Shown here piece after piece: positions 28,327 through 38,781 of a stretch of 64,000 bases of DNA. Within the stretch, counting starts at the first letter, position 1, and each line of letters opens with the position of its first letter. The stretch lies in assembly GCA_018819225.1 (NCBI GenBank), contig JAHJQN010000008.1, positions 64,001-128,000 on the forward strand, in the 5' to 3' direction. Under the pieces are notes generated by a model. It was not told where the DNA came from, did no database searches, and was given only the letters and a program-made list of their open reading frames with translations. Source of the stretch: Candidatus Micrarchaeota archaeon (GTDB lineage: Archaea; Micrarchaeota; Micrarchaeia; Norongarragalinales; SBBD01). The position numbers and the translations under genes are program-made.

Positions 28327-29115
28327 TTATTTTTTCTTGCGAAAGATTCCCCCGATTGAATCGAGAATACGTTGCAAGAAACCCTTTTTAACCCTTGGCG
28401 CCTCTGAAACCGGATCGCCCGTCAACCGAGCCGCTAAAACCCGAATGGCTTGAGCGGATTTCGCACTCGGTTTGCGAACGATTAACGGAGACTGAGCAAT
28501 CGTGGATTTGCGCATTTCCACATCCTCCGGAATCACGACCAATACGCGGGCTGAAAGCAACGTTTCCAGATCGCTGGACTTGATCTCGCCCTTATCCCCT
28601 AAGCTCATGTTGACCACAATGCCTGAAATGGAAATATTATTTCTTCCAGCAAAATTGATGACTTTCAATGCGTCGGCTAAACTGGCGGGATCGGGAGTGA
28701 CCACCAATAAAATCTCTCGCGCCGCCATAATCGCATACTCCGAATCCTTGTTCAGGCCCGGCGGCGAGTCGATCAAAACGAAATCCGCGATCGGTTCCAA
28801 ATCCTCGATGGCACTCTTCAATCGATCAAACACGAGCTTATTCACGCGTTCCACCGACAGTGAAGAAGGCACGTACTTGAGCTTGAACGGACCCTCATAC
28901 ACCGAATCGCGAATATTGGTTTCCCCCATGAGCACGTTGTGCAAGCTAATGGGCGCGCGTTCGATACCCAGCATGATGCCCACGTTGGCCATCGACACGT
29001 CCGCATCGACAACGACCACGCGCTTTCCTTGTTGAGATAATATGAGCCCCAAATTAATCGCAATACTCGTTTTTCCCACACCGCCCTTGCCCGATGCCAA
29101 CACGATGCTGCGCAT
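28327..29115 (-). CDS. minD: Archaeal MinD-family ATPase
   Basis: SGKGGVGKT, VDADVSMAN, IDSPPG, IPED. Confidence 0.92.
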   Translation of the reverse strand: MRSIVLASGKGGVGKTSIAINLGLILSQQGKRVVVVDADVSMANVGIMLGIERAPISLHNVLMGETNIRDSVYEGPFKLKYVPSSLSVERVNKLVFDRLKSAIEDLEPIADFVLIDSPPGLNKDSEYAIMAAREILLVVTPDPASLADALKVINFAGRNNISISGIVVNMSLGDKGEIKSSDLETLLSARVLVVIPEDVEMRKSTIAQSPLIVRKPSAKSAQAIRVLAARLTGDPVSEAPRVKKGFLQRILDSIGGIFRKKK

Positions 29116-29116
29116 A

Positions 29117-29698
29117 TCATCTCCTTTTTTGAGGCTTCGGCAAGCCCTTCAGTAAATCCTCCTCGAACGGGAGGGGGGATGAAATATCCGAGTGCGAAGT
29201 ATCTGGAGGTGATTCCATTGAAATATCCGCTAACTTATACTTTCGAAGCAACGAATCCTTGTTCTCCACCAAAAGACTGCCGACGGCCTGGACCTCCAAC
29301 TCCTCAGAAAACGAGGGAAACTGAAGCTTGCGCAAGTCGTTCTCCGAAGGAAGACAAATCGCATTTTCATTAAATGCGAGAATTAATTGCACTTGATCGT
29401 TCGACAATTGATAGATATCGATCAACCCCGTCCGCGCCATGGACGCGTTCACCACGCGAATAAACGCGGCGTCGCCGACCATATCCTTGTGATGCATTAA
29501 ATACTCGTAAAATGCCGCAACAATTTTACCGGAATCAAATACGAGCGATCCATCCTCCAACCCGTTCTTTCCTTGAATGGAAATACAGATGTATCCGTTA
29601 AACAGTTTTTGCTTGAGTTCGTGCAGCAACGCCCGAAAATCTATGGCGGCAACGTCGACACCCGTCTTTACCACGGTTCCAGCCGGCAAATTAATCAT
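29117..29698 (-). CDS. DUF2226 family protein
   Basis: NLPAG, FNGYI, G.L.F..GKIVAA, IDIY; adjacent to minD. Confidence 0.7.
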   Translation of the reverse strand: MINLPAGTVVKTGVDVAAIDFRALLHELKQKLFNGYICISIQGKNGLEDGSLVFDSGKIVAAFYEYLMHHKDMVGDAAFIRVVNASMARTGLIDIYQLSNDQVQLILAFNENAICLPSENDLRKLQFPSFSEELEVQAVGSLLVENKDSLLRKYKLADISMESPPDTSHSDISSPLPFEEDLLKGLPKPQKRR

Positions 29699-29769
29699 GT
29701 CAAGTCCTCCTTCATCATCAATTGTATTCAACGTAGAGTGTAATCAAAGGCATAATAATAAACTACCTT

Positions 29770-31041
29770 TTAAGCCTCTTCCTCTTGCTGCTCCGTTTGC
29801 CGCTTTTGATAAAAGCGGAATGCCAGGAACGCCACCACCGCCAGGAATATGACAAGCAATACGTTACCGTACGGATTGGATTCCTCGGGTTTGGGCGTGG
29901 GGGTGGGCGTCGAGCCCTGCAAACAACGCTCCAGCTGGTCCGCCAAACTATCGGCGAGTGCCACGGATTCGGCGATCTGAAGAGGAACCCGCGAGTACTC
30001 TTCCGCGCTCACGGACGATGCGCTCATCAATTGCTTGATCGGTAACCATTTCTCCTTCAAGGAATTCCGATCCACCTGACAGGCCGCAAAATCCGTTTTA
30101 TATTGATCGGAAAGCAAAGCATCAGGAGAACGCGATAACGCCATAGCCTGGTCATACGCTTGCACGGCTTCCACGTTCGCCTTGCGGAAATAGAAACTCG
30201 TCAACGAGTCATTGACTTGCACGTCCTTGCGAGCCAAACGCGTTTCAAATTCACGTCTTCGAGGCTCCAAGAAGCTCAAGAACGACGCATCGATACCCAC
30301 ATCCCGAACGCTTTCCAACGATGTGGATAAGGTCGAAGCGATTTCACGATCCAAACCCGCTTTCGATACCTCGTTCTGTTTTTCGTCGAGCTTTTGGTGA
30401 TACCGATCCGCGGTTTCCGCTAATTGCTCCAGCGAATTAAACGAGGGAGCGTATTGCTCGTGCGCCAGAATCAAGTCATCCGCAAAAAAACTCTGAGTGA
30501 ACGCATTTTGCGAGGATGCGCCCTCCGCCAGACGATCGCTCGCCAACAGCGCGTAATCTTCCACATCGGACAACGCGAGTTCCAAATCCTCAAATTCGAG
30601 CTCAGGGTAGCTGGCCTGTTGCGCCGTTATCCGATCCAAACCCACCCGTGCATTCGAACGAATCTTTACGATAACGGATTGCGCCACTTGATCCAGCGCA
30701 TCGAATGAGGCTTGACGGTCGTTCAACAATTTCATGAGGTCCAAATGGAAATCCAGCTCGTACGCGTCCATGAGAACGGTTTCACGCGTTTCCAAAACGC
30801 CGGTACCACCCATATCATGAACGACCACGATCAAGTTCTTGGAATCCTTCTGGTCCTGAGGCGAAAAATAGAGGAGCCAGTAGCGTTCACCGGCAAATTC
30901 AATGGGATTAAAGGGGCCGACCACTACGACCTCCCCTTTCAATAAGTATTGAGCCGCAATCGATTTCGCCTGTTCCGACGATATTCCGTGCACGGACAGC
31001 GATAACGCCAAGCACGCGAATAGAAATAGCCGTTTGTCCAT
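29770..31041 (-). CDS. Secreted helical protein with PTPTP linker and C-terminal TM anchor
   Basis: Signal peptide, Ala/Leu/Glu-rich helical body, STPTPTPKP then TM then KR. Confidence 0.75.
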   Translation of the reverse strand: MDKRLFLFACLALSLSVHGISSEQAKSIAAQYLLKGEVVVVGPFNPIEFAGERYWLLYFSPQDQKDSKNLIVVVHDMGGTGVLETRETVLMDAYELDFHLDLMKLLNDRQASFDALDQVAQSVIVKIRSNARVGLDRITAQQASYPELEFEDLELALSDVEDYALLASDRLAEGASSQNAFTQSFFADDLILAHEQYAPSFNSLEQLAETADRYHQKLDEKQNEVSKAGLDREIASTLSTSLESVRDVGIDASFLSFLEPRRREFETRLARKDVQVNDSLTSFYFRKANVEAVQAYDQAMALSRSPDALLSDQYKTDFAACQVDRNSLKEKWLPIKQLMSASSVSAEEYSRVPLQIAESVALADSLADQLERCLQGSTPTPTPKPEESNPYGNVLLVIFLAVVAFLAFRFYQKRQTEQQEEEA

Positions 31042-31136
31042 TAAACGAACCCTTTTTATTATTCGAAACGTTTTTGGTTAAAAGCTAGTGAACGCACGCC
31101 CGTATTTAAATGGTTTTGGAAAAGGTAAAAATACCC

Positions 31137-31904
31137 ATGATTCGCATCGTGCTCGTGGAACCCCTTTACCCCGTGAATTTAGGCAGTGTCGCCCGCGTGA
31201 TGGCCAACTTCGGCTGCACCCAGTTATACCTCGTCCGCCCGAAGGTCATCGCGAACGCGGAAGCCATCAAATATGCGAAGCACGCCCGCTCCATTCTGAA
31301 ACGCGCACGAACCGTTGAACACCTTGAGGAGGCGCTCCACGGAATGGATTGGGTGGTGGCGACAACCGGCGTTCCGGCGCGCTACCGTCGAAAACTGAAA
31401 AATTGCTGGACCCCCAAAGAATTCGCGGACCACCGTACAAAAAAAGAGCGCATCGCTCTGGTGTTCGGCAGCGAAGGAACGGGTTTGTCGAAAAGCGATT
31501 TTGATGCCTGCGACGGCGTGGTCAGTATTCCAACGAACCGACGCTACCGCGTCCTGAATTTATCGCACGCCGTGGCCGTCATGCTATACGAACTGTCGTG
31601 CGGCCGAGGAATGCGTACGTACTATAAAACCGCACCCCGGCATAAAATCCGTTTCCTGGAAGGATTATTTGATGAAATCACGTGCGCCATGCCGTCCGTC
31701 AGAGACAAGCAAAAAGTGGCTTCCGCGTTCCGGCAAGTGATTCGACGATCCCGTGTGGCGGATGACGAGATACAAAGTCTATTTGCGGTGTTCGGATCCG
31801 TGAGAAAACGCGTCTCGCCATTGCGTCATAAACGAAATACCATGGTCTGCGCCATGAATTTGTTACCGGAATGGAGTCCCAAGCCAACGAAAAAGAAAAA
31901 ATAG
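31137..31904 (+). CDS. trmJ: TrmJ-type SPOUT tRNA methyltransferase
   Basis: LVEP..PVNLGSVARVMANFG, FGSEGTGL, LNLSHAV. Confidence 0.9.
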   Translation: MIRIVLVEPLYPVNLGSVARVMANFGCTQLYLVRPKVIANAEAIKYAKHARSILKRARTVEHLEEALHGMDWVVATTGVPARYRRKLKNCWTPKEFADHRTKKERIALVFGSEGTGLSKSDFDACDGVVSIPTNRRYRVLNLSHAVAVMLYELSCGRGMRTYYKTAPRHKIRFLEGLFDEITCAMPSVRDKQKVASAFRQVIRRSRVADDEIQSLFAVFGSVRKRVSPLRHKRNTMVCAMNLLPEWSPKPTKKKK

Positions 31905-32627
31905 TTAGGCGGGTGATGGCGTCGTGGCAGAATCCTCCGCTTTCGCCTCGCTATCGTTCGCATCCGTCGGGCCATCCGGAGTGCTTTCCTTGGACTCCAC
32001 TTTCTTCTCTTCCTCGAGCGCATCGGAAGGCAGCTCCCGAATTTCAGGCGTATCGAATACTTCCTTCAATTCCGTTTTCCGGATTTCCACGCGTTTCAAC
32101 GGCGCAATCGTCCTCAACAAGCGATAGATTTCGGCCGACGTTTTACCGAATAACGTATCATAAATGAATTCGCCGAACGTTTTGCTTTCAGCAATGCGTT
32201 TTAGTTCAGTCGTCAATCCGTTCCGCAACGCCCGCTTTTGCGTTCCACTGCACGAAACCCCCGTTAACACCACGGCCTTAATACGAAATTCAATCCCATC
32301 CTTGGAGGTGACGCTAAACACCGCATTGAGCGCGTCCATACGTCTTCGAACCAATGCGTGAATGTATTCCCGAGACACTTCATGTCCAATGAATTTCGCG
32401 TATGCAGACTTTCCCTTGATCTCGGAAACACGCAGTTTGACGTTCGTGTAAACGTGACTCAAATCCTTCGTGATGTCCTTTAACGGAATCTGGATAATGC
32501 GGTTTAACATGTGCTCGTCATCCAACGCCGGAATTTGAGCCACTTCCACTTCGTTCAAAAACTTGGGAGCGTGCACGGAATACCAGGACTTGGATTTCCA
32601 CGTGTCCACCACTTTCTTTGTTGCCAT
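31905..32627 (-). CDS. rps3ae: 30S ribosomal protein S3Ae (eS1)
   Basis: DTWKSKSWY.V.AP, FIGHE..REY, PLKRVEIRK. Confidence 0.95.
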   Translation of the reverse strand: MATKKVVDTWKSKSWYSVHAPKFLNEVEVAQIPALDDEHMLNRIIQIPLKDITKDLSHVYTNVKLRVSEIKGKSAYAKFIGHEVSREYIHALVRRRMDALNAVFSVTSKDGIEFRIKAVVLTGVSCSGTQKRALRNGLTTELKRIAESKTFGEFIYDTLFGKTSAEIYRLLRTIAPLKRVEIRKTELKEVFDTPEIRELPSDALEEEKKVESKESTPDGPTDANDSEAKAEDSATTPSPA

Positions 32628-32631
32628 ACCA

Positions 32632-33084
32632 TCACTTAACTAATAGGATCGCTGCTTCCGGATCATACTTCCAATTCGCGGGAAGCCGCTTGCCGCGATA
32701 AAAACGAACCAAACGCTTAATCTTACTTTCCACGTGCCCCAATTTCACTCGGTTGTGCACATCCTTCTTGTTCGAGGCCAAGTGTTTACGCATGCGCACC
32801 GCCCGTTTGATGAGATCCAACAAATCCGAAGGATATTCCGACTGCAAATGATTATCTTTCAATATCGCGAGAATCGTTTTACCCGTAATCATTTTGACAC
32901 TCGGAATTCCGTGGTTGTCCCGCAAGATCAAACCGATTTCCGCTTCGCGCTTGCCTTCCTTCGACATTTGGACGACCAGCTTTTCAAGATCTTCCTTTGA
33001 TGTCTCCACCCATATCGGGGTCTGGGTATGCCTCGGCTTGTGGGACTTCGACCGACCTCTCTTACGCGAATGCATACGTGCCAT
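32632..33084 (-). CDS. rps15p: 30S ribosomal protein S15 (uS15)
   Basis: MARMHSRKRGRSKS, IGLILRD.HGIP, ESKIKRLVRFY. Confidence 0.97.
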   Translation of the reverse strand: MARMHSRKRGRSKSHKPRHTQTPIWVETSKEDLEKLVVQMSKEGKREAEIGLILRDNHGIPSVKMITGKTILAILKDNHLQSEYPSDLLDLIKRAVRMRKHLASNKKDVHNRVKLGHVESKIKRLVRFYRGKRLPANWKYDPEAAILLVK

Positions 33085-33232
33085 ATAGTAACATCCCTTT
33101 AATGACTCAAGAAACGCCGTAGCGCTTCAGAAAACTAGGGACTTAAAGCGGTATGTAATAGTCCAATAAAGGTATTTAAACGTATTCCCGAGTGGTTCGT
33201 TTAAATAAAACGAGTTCCCGAAGGCTATCACG

Positions 33233-33772
33233 ATGCGGATATTAGCGATGGATGATTCCCCTGCCTCCAACGGACGCGTCACCTGCGTCGGCGTCCTATC
33301 CAACGGGAACAACATCGAAGGCGTACTGATATTTCACATTAAGAAAGATGGATCGAATGCCACCCGTCAATTAATTCGATCGGTAAAACAATCTCGATTT
33401 CGATCGGTCATAAAACTCATTCTCACGCACGGAACCACATTCGGCGGATTAAATATTCTCGATCCTCAAGCCATCGAAAAAGAATTGAACATTCCGTGGA
33501 TGGGAGTCGTTCGAAAAAAATCCAAAGGAACCATTCAAAAGGCGATTCACGCCGCCCATAAAAGCCAAAGATTAATAAGACGCAAGCGGTTATTTCTCGA
33601 GAATGCGGGCCCCATATTAGAGGAATGCGGCATGTTTTTCCATTTCCGGGGTTTGCGAGAACACGAAGCGAGAGCCGTTATGAAACAATTCCGCGGATTT
33701 CCCAATGAACTCCGCCTCGCGCACTTAATCGCTTCCGCATTGAGTCGAGGAGAATCCTATGGCCGGGCTTAA
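33233..33772 (+). CDS. DUF99 family (endonuclease V-like) protein
   Basis: RILAMDD, DG.NAT, G.TFGGLN, P..LRLAHLIAS. Confidence 0.85.
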   Translation: MRILAMDDSPASNGRVTCVGVLSNGNNIEGVLIFHIKKDGSNATRQLIRSVKQSRFRSVIKLILTHGTTFGGLNILDPQAIEKELNIPWMGVVRKKSKGTIQKAIHAAHKSQRLIRRKRLFLENAGPILEECGMFFHFRGLREHEARAVMKQFRGFPNELRLAHLIASALSRGESYGRA

Positions 33773-34718
33773 ACTTGAATCAGCGGATTGGTTACTGGGA
33801 ATCACACTCATCGTCATCGTATGGTTATATGCGGCATATCAAACCCCGTTCTTGGGATTATTAGGATTATTAGCGTTGCTTGCTCTCTTAGCCAGAGATA
33901 TTTTTTCTACCAAAACAAAGAAAACAGAAGAAAGAGTTTCGATCGTTGGATTGCGGTTAAGCACTAAATCATTTCTCGGAATCTCTGCTTTACTTTCTGC
34001 CGTCGTGGCGGCTTTGACCTCGGATCTCATCCAACTCTTTGCCCTACTATTGTTGGTACTGAATGCGTTGGCGTTCCTCGACCAGTACGTGCACTTCATG
34101 AAACCCGCCAAAGCCGCCATCATCGAATTGGATTCCGCGTTCTTTGCGGCGCTATTCGTTTGGCTGTTCATCGGATTCATCTTGAACACGTCCACGCCAA
34201 TCGACGTGGTAACGAGTTGTTCCATGGTTCCCACCCTCGACCGCGGAGATCTGATCATCATTCAAGGCGCAGAAGTTTATGCACCCGACGTCACGCTATC
34301 TCGACCGATTTCATTAGGAGCGGATTTCATCAAAGACACGTGCATTATCCGAGACAAGTACTCCGAAGCGGAAGTGCAAACCCTGTGCAGCCAAGGCCTT
34401 CTAGTCGATGGAACCCTTCACCCGTTTACGAAAGAAGGGGATATTATCGTGTTCGAACCCCCGCAATACGCTCAACTCGGACTCATCGTGCATCGCGTGG
34501 CCCTCAAGCTAAACAGCGAAGGAAAAACGTACTACCTCACCAAGGGCGACAACAACCCATCAACGGATCTGGAAGCGCTTGCGCGCACGTTACCCGAAGA
34601 TCACCATGTGAACGGGAGGATGATTGCACGCATCCCGTACATCGGCTATTTAAAGTTGTTTCTCGCTTTTCAATTTGAAGAACCTGCGGGATGCCGACGC
34701 ATCTTACAAGGGAACTAA
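33759..34718 (+). CDS. Signal peptidase I (S26, archaeal/ER type)
   Basis: SCSMVPTL.RGD, IVHRV, TKGDNN, RIPYIG. Confidence 0.9.
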   Translation: MAGLKLESADWLLGITLIVIVWLYAAYQTPFLGLLGLLALLALLARDIFSTKTKKTEERVSIVGLRLSTKSFLGISALLSAVVAALTSDLIQLFALLLLVLNALAFLDQYVHFMKPAKAAIIELDSAFFAALFVWLFIGFILNTSTPIDVVTSCSMVPTLDRGDLIIIQGAEVYAPDVTLSRPISLGADFIKDTCIIRDKYSEAEVQTLCSQGLLVDGTLHPFTKEGDIIVFEPPQYAQLGLIVHRVALKLNSEGKTYYLTKGDNNPSTDLEALARTLPEDHHVNGRMIARIPYIGYLKLFLAFQFEEPAGCRRILQGN

Positions 34719-34719
34719 C

Positions 34720-35391
34720 ATGAACGTTCTCGTCTACCCGTCCATGCTTTCAGCGGACGTTACCAATTTTAAAAACGAACTCAAACGCGTCGAGGCCGCA
34801 GAAGCCGACGGCGTGCACTGGGACGTGATGGATCTGCATTTCGTTCCCAATTTGACCTTTGGATTCTCGCTCATACGTGACTTGCGAAAACACACCGCGC
34901 TCTACTTCGATGTCCACCTCATGATCGAACATCCGGGGAAATGGATCGATGCCTTTGCCGACGCCGGAGCAGACCACATCACGTTTCATATCGAAGCCTG
35001 CGAAACATTCGACGAGGCCATGCAAATCATTCAGAAAATTAAGAAGAAAAAGAAGCAAGTGGGAATCGCGCTTAAACCCGCGACGGACTGGCGAGCCATC
35101 CAATCCGCCCTCCCGTTATTGGATGCCGTACTCGTGATGACCGTCGAACCCGGATTCGGAGGCCAGGCGTTGATGCCGGACATGCTCGAAAAAATCAAAT
35201 CATTGCGACAACACGTCGACGAAAACCAATTGAAAACACGGATTCAAGTGGATGGAGGCATCACCATAAAGAATGTTCAAACCGTGAAAGCCGCCGGCGC
35301 CGATTGTCTGGTATCCGGCAGCGGAATCTTCCAATTCAAAACGCAGACGGAAATGGCGAACGTCATTCAGGAAATGAGGAGAGGCCCATGA
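34720..35391 (+). CDS. rpe: Ribulose-phosphate 3-epimerase
   Basis: PSMLSAD, HWDVMD.HFVPN, DVHLM, MTVEPGFGGQ, VDGGI. Confidence 0.97.
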   Translation: MNVLVYPSMLSADVTNFKNELKRVEAAEADGVHWDVMDLHFVPNLTFGFSLIRDLRKHTALYFDVHLMIEHPGKWIDAFADAGADHITFHIEACETFDEAMQIIQKIKKKKKQVGIALKPATDWRAIQSALPLLDAVLVMTVEPGFGGQALMPDMLEKIKSLRQHVDENQLKTRIQVDGGITIKNVQTVKAAGADCLVSGSGIFQFKTQTEMANVIQEMRRGP

Positions 35392-36197
35392 GCTTCCATG
35401 AAAAATACGCCAACGCACGGGAAAAAAAGAATAGCGTATTATGCGTCGGACTCGATCCCGTCAGCATCTTTTTCAAGGACACCGGGTCCATTCCCCGAAA
35501 GTACTTCGAAAAAAAGGATGAGGTGCAAGGCATGGCGGACTTTTGTCTTGACCTCGTCGATCAAACGAAATCGCACGCGTGCGCCTACAAAATCAATGCG
35601 CAATTCGCGCTCCCTTTTTCCATCAGACAATTGAACGAGATCACGGCACGCGTTTCGCAGACGGGAGCCATCAGCATCTTCGACCTTAAACTCTCCGATA
35701 TTGGGAGCAGCAACGAATCCGCCATTTACTGGATGAAAAAAGCGGGTTTCGATGCCTTCACGTATTCGCCATTTCCCGGCAATCTTTCGGAAGTCACGCA
35801 ACAAGCCCATGCCATGGATCTGGGCGTGATCGCTCTCGCCCTCATGAGTCATCCCGACGCCCGATACTTCATGACGGAAAGCCAAGTGGAGCGGCAAAAA
35901 GGATTCGAATGGATTGCAGAATCCAGTGCGCGAAACGGAATCGACGGATTAGTGGTCGGTGCCACGAATCCTCCGGAACTCATTGAAGCATGCAAAGCGA
36001 AAGCCGCTCCGCAAACCGTTTTCCTGGTGCCCGGTGTCGGAACACAAGAAGGAAACGCCCAAACCGTTCTGAAAATTCTGGGAGAAAACGTCCTCGTCAA
36101 CGTGGGCCGTAGTCTCATCTATTCCGAAGACCCTCAAGAAAAAGCCGAGGCCTACCAAAGGAAATTCAACGAATGGCGTCAGCAAGCTAAAGAGTAG
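35388..36197 (+). CDS. pyrF: Orotidine-5'-phosphate decarboxylase
   Basis: LCVGLDP, DLKLSDIG, VVGAT, LVPGVG.Q.G, NVGRS. Confidence 0.93.
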   Translation: MSFHEKYANAREKKNSVLCVGLDPVSIFFKDTGSIPRKYFEKKDEVQGMADFCLDLVDQTKSHACAYKINAQFALPFSIRQLNEITARVSQTGAISIFDLKLSDIGSSNESAIYWMKKAGFDAFTYSPFPGNLSEVTQQAHAMDLGVIALALMSHPDARYFMTESQVERQKGFEWIAESSARNGIDGLVVGATNPPELIEACKAKAAPQTVFLVPGVGTQEGNAQTVLKILGENVLVNVGRSLIYSEDPQEKAEAYQRKFNEWRQQAKE

Positions 36198-36276
36198 TTT
36201 TAAATACGTTGACTTGCACACACTATTCCGCTGATTTTATCGTCTTTATTCAGCAAGTTAGTCTCAGGTGTACGAC

Positions 36277-36975
36277 ATGGGTCTTCGCCCCGCTAGAACC
36301 GTTCGCGAATATAAGGGCCAGCCGTGGGCACGCATTTCCGTTAAAAGACCTCGAAAAAGCTTCGTGAAAGGAGCTCCCAGACCCAAAGTCCGACAATACA
36401 ACATGGGCACGGACCAATTCTACGAAATTCAAGTGGACATGATCAGCGACGAAGACATTCAGCTGCGGGACAACGCCATCGAAAGTGCCCGCCAAGTCAC
36501 GGGAAAATACTTGGAAAAGAACTTGCCCAACAATTACTTCTTCGGCATCCTCAAGTACCCGCACATCGTCATCCGAGAGCATTCCGCCCTAGGAGTTGCG
36601 GGAGCCGACCGAATCTCCAAAGGAATGAAAATGGCGTTTGGACGCCCCAAAGGACGTCTTGCACGCATCGGAAAAGGCGAGCCGGTATTCCGCGTAAGAG
36701 TCGCTGCCAGCGCGCTACCCGTCGTAAAAGAAGCGATCAAGCGCGCAAAAATCAAGATGTCCGGCGCCTACCACGAAGAAGTCAAAGACATCCAGAACGA
36801 GGCATTTAACCGCGCAAAAATTGGAAAAGTCATTGTCATGAAGAAAGTGGAAGAAATCAAGCCCAAAGCGCCAGCAGTCGAAACCGCACCGGCCGAAGGC
36901 GAAGAAAAGAAGGACGAAAAAGCCGAGGGCAAAGAAGAGAAGAAAGCAGAAGTCAAAGAAGAAAAGAAGAAGTAG
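36277..36975 (+). CDS. rpl10e: 50S ribosomal protein L10e (uL16)
   Basis: QLRDNAIESAR, YPH.VIREH, AGADRIS.GM..AFGRP. Confidence 0.97.
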   Translation: MGLRPARTVREYKGQPWARISVKRPRKSFVKGAPRPKVRQYNMGTDQFYEIQVDMISDEDIQLRDNAIESARQVTGKYLEKNLPNNYFFGILKYPHIVIREHSALGVAGADRISKGMKMAFGRPKGRLARIGKGEPVFRVRVAASALPVVKEAIKRAKIKMSGAYHEEVKDIQNEAFNRAKIGKVIVMKKVEEIKPKAPAVETAPAEGEEKKDEKAEGKEEKKAEVKEEKKK

Positions 36976-36986
36976 GCGAACCCCCT

Positions 36987-37235
36987 ATGGGTAAAGTGCT
37001 CACCCGTCTTAAAATCTTCCCGAAAGAAGGCCAGGATGCGCAACAACTCGCGGACCGAATCAAACAAACGGAAGGCTGCAACACCTCAAAAGTCGAAGAC
37101 TTTGTTTTTGGAACCAAAATCGTTATCGCCTCGTTCATCTGCCAAGATGGCGAAAGCAAAGACTTCGAGGATATCGTTAAACTCGTGGAAGGCGTCAGCG
37201 AAGTCCAAGTCGAGGAAGTCGGGCTCATCTCCTAA
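36987..37235 (+). CDS. ef1b: Elongation factor 1-beta
   Basis: MGKV...LKIFP, E...FG, VEGVSEVQV. Confidence 0.85.
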   Translation: MGKVLTRLKIFPKEGQDAQQLADRIKQTEGCNTSKVEDFVFGTKIVIASFICQDGESKDFEDIVKLVEGVSEVQVEEVGLIS

Positions 37236-37303
37236 TTCGTTCGGGCCGCCAACGAAACAAATCCTCTTTAATAGGAACCGATCGTGATAGCTGGGCAGGG
37301 AAT

Positions 37304-38119
37304 ATGACGTACGTCATCAAACTCAACGGAAAACGCGAGCCGTTCCAGGAACGAAAACTGGCGCAATCGCTTCGAAAAGCCGGGGCGGATCGCGAAACCA
37401 TCGACGGCATCCTCCAAAAAATCCGGCCCACGCTTTACGACGGCATATCCACAAAACAATTATTCCAATACGCCTTCCGAGAACTCGCTAAATACCGGCC
37501 GCACTCTGCCAGCCGATTCGACTTAAAGAATGCGTTGCTGCGACTAGGAAAAGAAGGAAGAGTCTTCGAAAAGTTTACGGCCAAACTCCTGCAACGAAAA
37601 GGATACGCCACGCAATTGAACCGAATCGTGCGCGGAAAATATGTTACGCATGAAATCGACGTGATCGCGGACCGAAAAGGGGAGCGGCTCATGGTCGAAT
37701 GCAAACACTCCGTATTACCGTGGAAAGGAACGAACATTCAGACCGCATTATACGTGTACGCCCGTTTCCTAGACGTAAAACCCCAGTTTACGGCGCCGTT
37801 ATTGGCAACGAATACCAAGTTTTCGGATCAGGTTATTGCCTATTCAAAAGGCGTGAATTTGCAGCTCCTGGGTTGGAAGTATCCAAAAGGCAACAGCCTG
37901 GAATCCAATATCGAGGAATTTAAACTGTATCCCATCACCGTGCTTCGAAGCATTCCCCGCAACCGTTTGCCCAGCCTATTTGAAAACGGCATGGTGTTAG
38001 TGGCTGAAATCGCAGAAAAAAATCCGAAGGAATTAGAGCGCTTGCTGCGAGTCCGACTTCGAAAAGCCGATGCGATCATCCAGGAAGCACAAGCGCTTTC
38101 CCAACCCTCCCCACAATAA
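37304..38119 (+). CDS. ATP-cone plus Mrr-like restriction endonuclease domain protein
   Basis: VIKLNGKREPF...KL..SL; HEIDV...MVECK PD-(D/E)xK motif. Confidence 0.85.
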   Translation: MTYVIKLNGKREPFQERKLAQSLRKAGADRETIDGILQKIRPTLYDGISTKQLFQYAFRELAKYRPHSASRFDLKNALLRLGKEGRVFEKFTAKLLQRKGYATQLNRIVRGKYVTHEIDVIADRKGERLMVECKHSVLPWKGTNIQTALYVYARFLDVKPQFTAPLLATNTKFSDQVIAYSKGVNLQLLGWKYPKGNSLESNIEEFKLYPITVLRSIPRNRLPSLFENGMVLVAEIAEKNPKELERLLRVRLRKADAIIQEAQALSQPSPQ

Positions 38120-38128
38120 ATCAAGGAA

Positions 38129-38749
38129 CTATTCGAGCAATGCGCACACTTCTTCATCCATCGTTTGGGAAAACCGTTCATAAAACTGTCCGACGGATGC
38201 AAAATGAGAAGGCGTTTCCAGACAAATAAACTCATCGGCCATGGAACGAAATTCCTTCGCGGTATCTGGAGAACAAACGGGAACCGCTACAATGATCTTG
38301 CAAGGCCCTTGATGACGCCAACAATCAATGGCCGCTTTAAGCGTCGCTCCCGTTGCAATCCCGTCATCTACGGCGATAACGGTTTGGCCGGTCACCTCGG
38401 TCGAATCCGTGATCCCAAACGCTTTCATGCGCCGCCTCACTTCCTCAAATTCTTTTTTCAAAACCGTTATTTTGTAATCGGATGAAACGGATAGAAAACG
38501 AAGAACGTCTTCATTCCAATACGGTTTCCCGTCATGACTCACCGCTCCGATGGCCAGTTCAGGATTACCTGGCGCGCCCAGTTTTCGAACGACGAACCCC
38601 TTCAGGGGAAGATGCAACGAATCGGCGACGACTTTCGCGACCACGACGCCCCCACGAGGAATGCCGAATACGATCACGCCGGGTTTTCCCGAATAACGAA
38701 TGAGCTGGGCGGCCAGCATCGCACCCGCATTCCTCCGATCACGGAACAT
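38129..38749 (-). CDS. Phosphoribosyltransferase family protein
   Basis: FRDR..AG..LA, GIPRGG, VDDGIATG.T, VGQFY..F. Confidence 0.92.
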   Translation of the reverse strand: MFRDRRNAGAMLAAQLIRYSGKPGVIVFGIPRGGVVVAKVVADSLHLPLKGFVVRKLGAPGNPELAIGAVSHDGKPYWNEDVLRFLSVSSDYKITVLKKEFEEVRRRMKAFGITDSTEVTGQTVIAVDDGIATGATLKAAIDCWRHQGPCKIIVAVPVCSPDTAKEFRSMADEFICLETPSHFASVGQFYERFSQTMDEEVCALLE

Positions 38750-38781
38750 GAAGAATCTCCCTCCGATGGACGAAACCCCGT

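Noticed and set aside
37304-38119. Restriction-modification or defence island
   Set aside because: A single ATP-cone/Mrr-like gene among housekeeping genes, with no DNA methylase or other defence genes adjacent.
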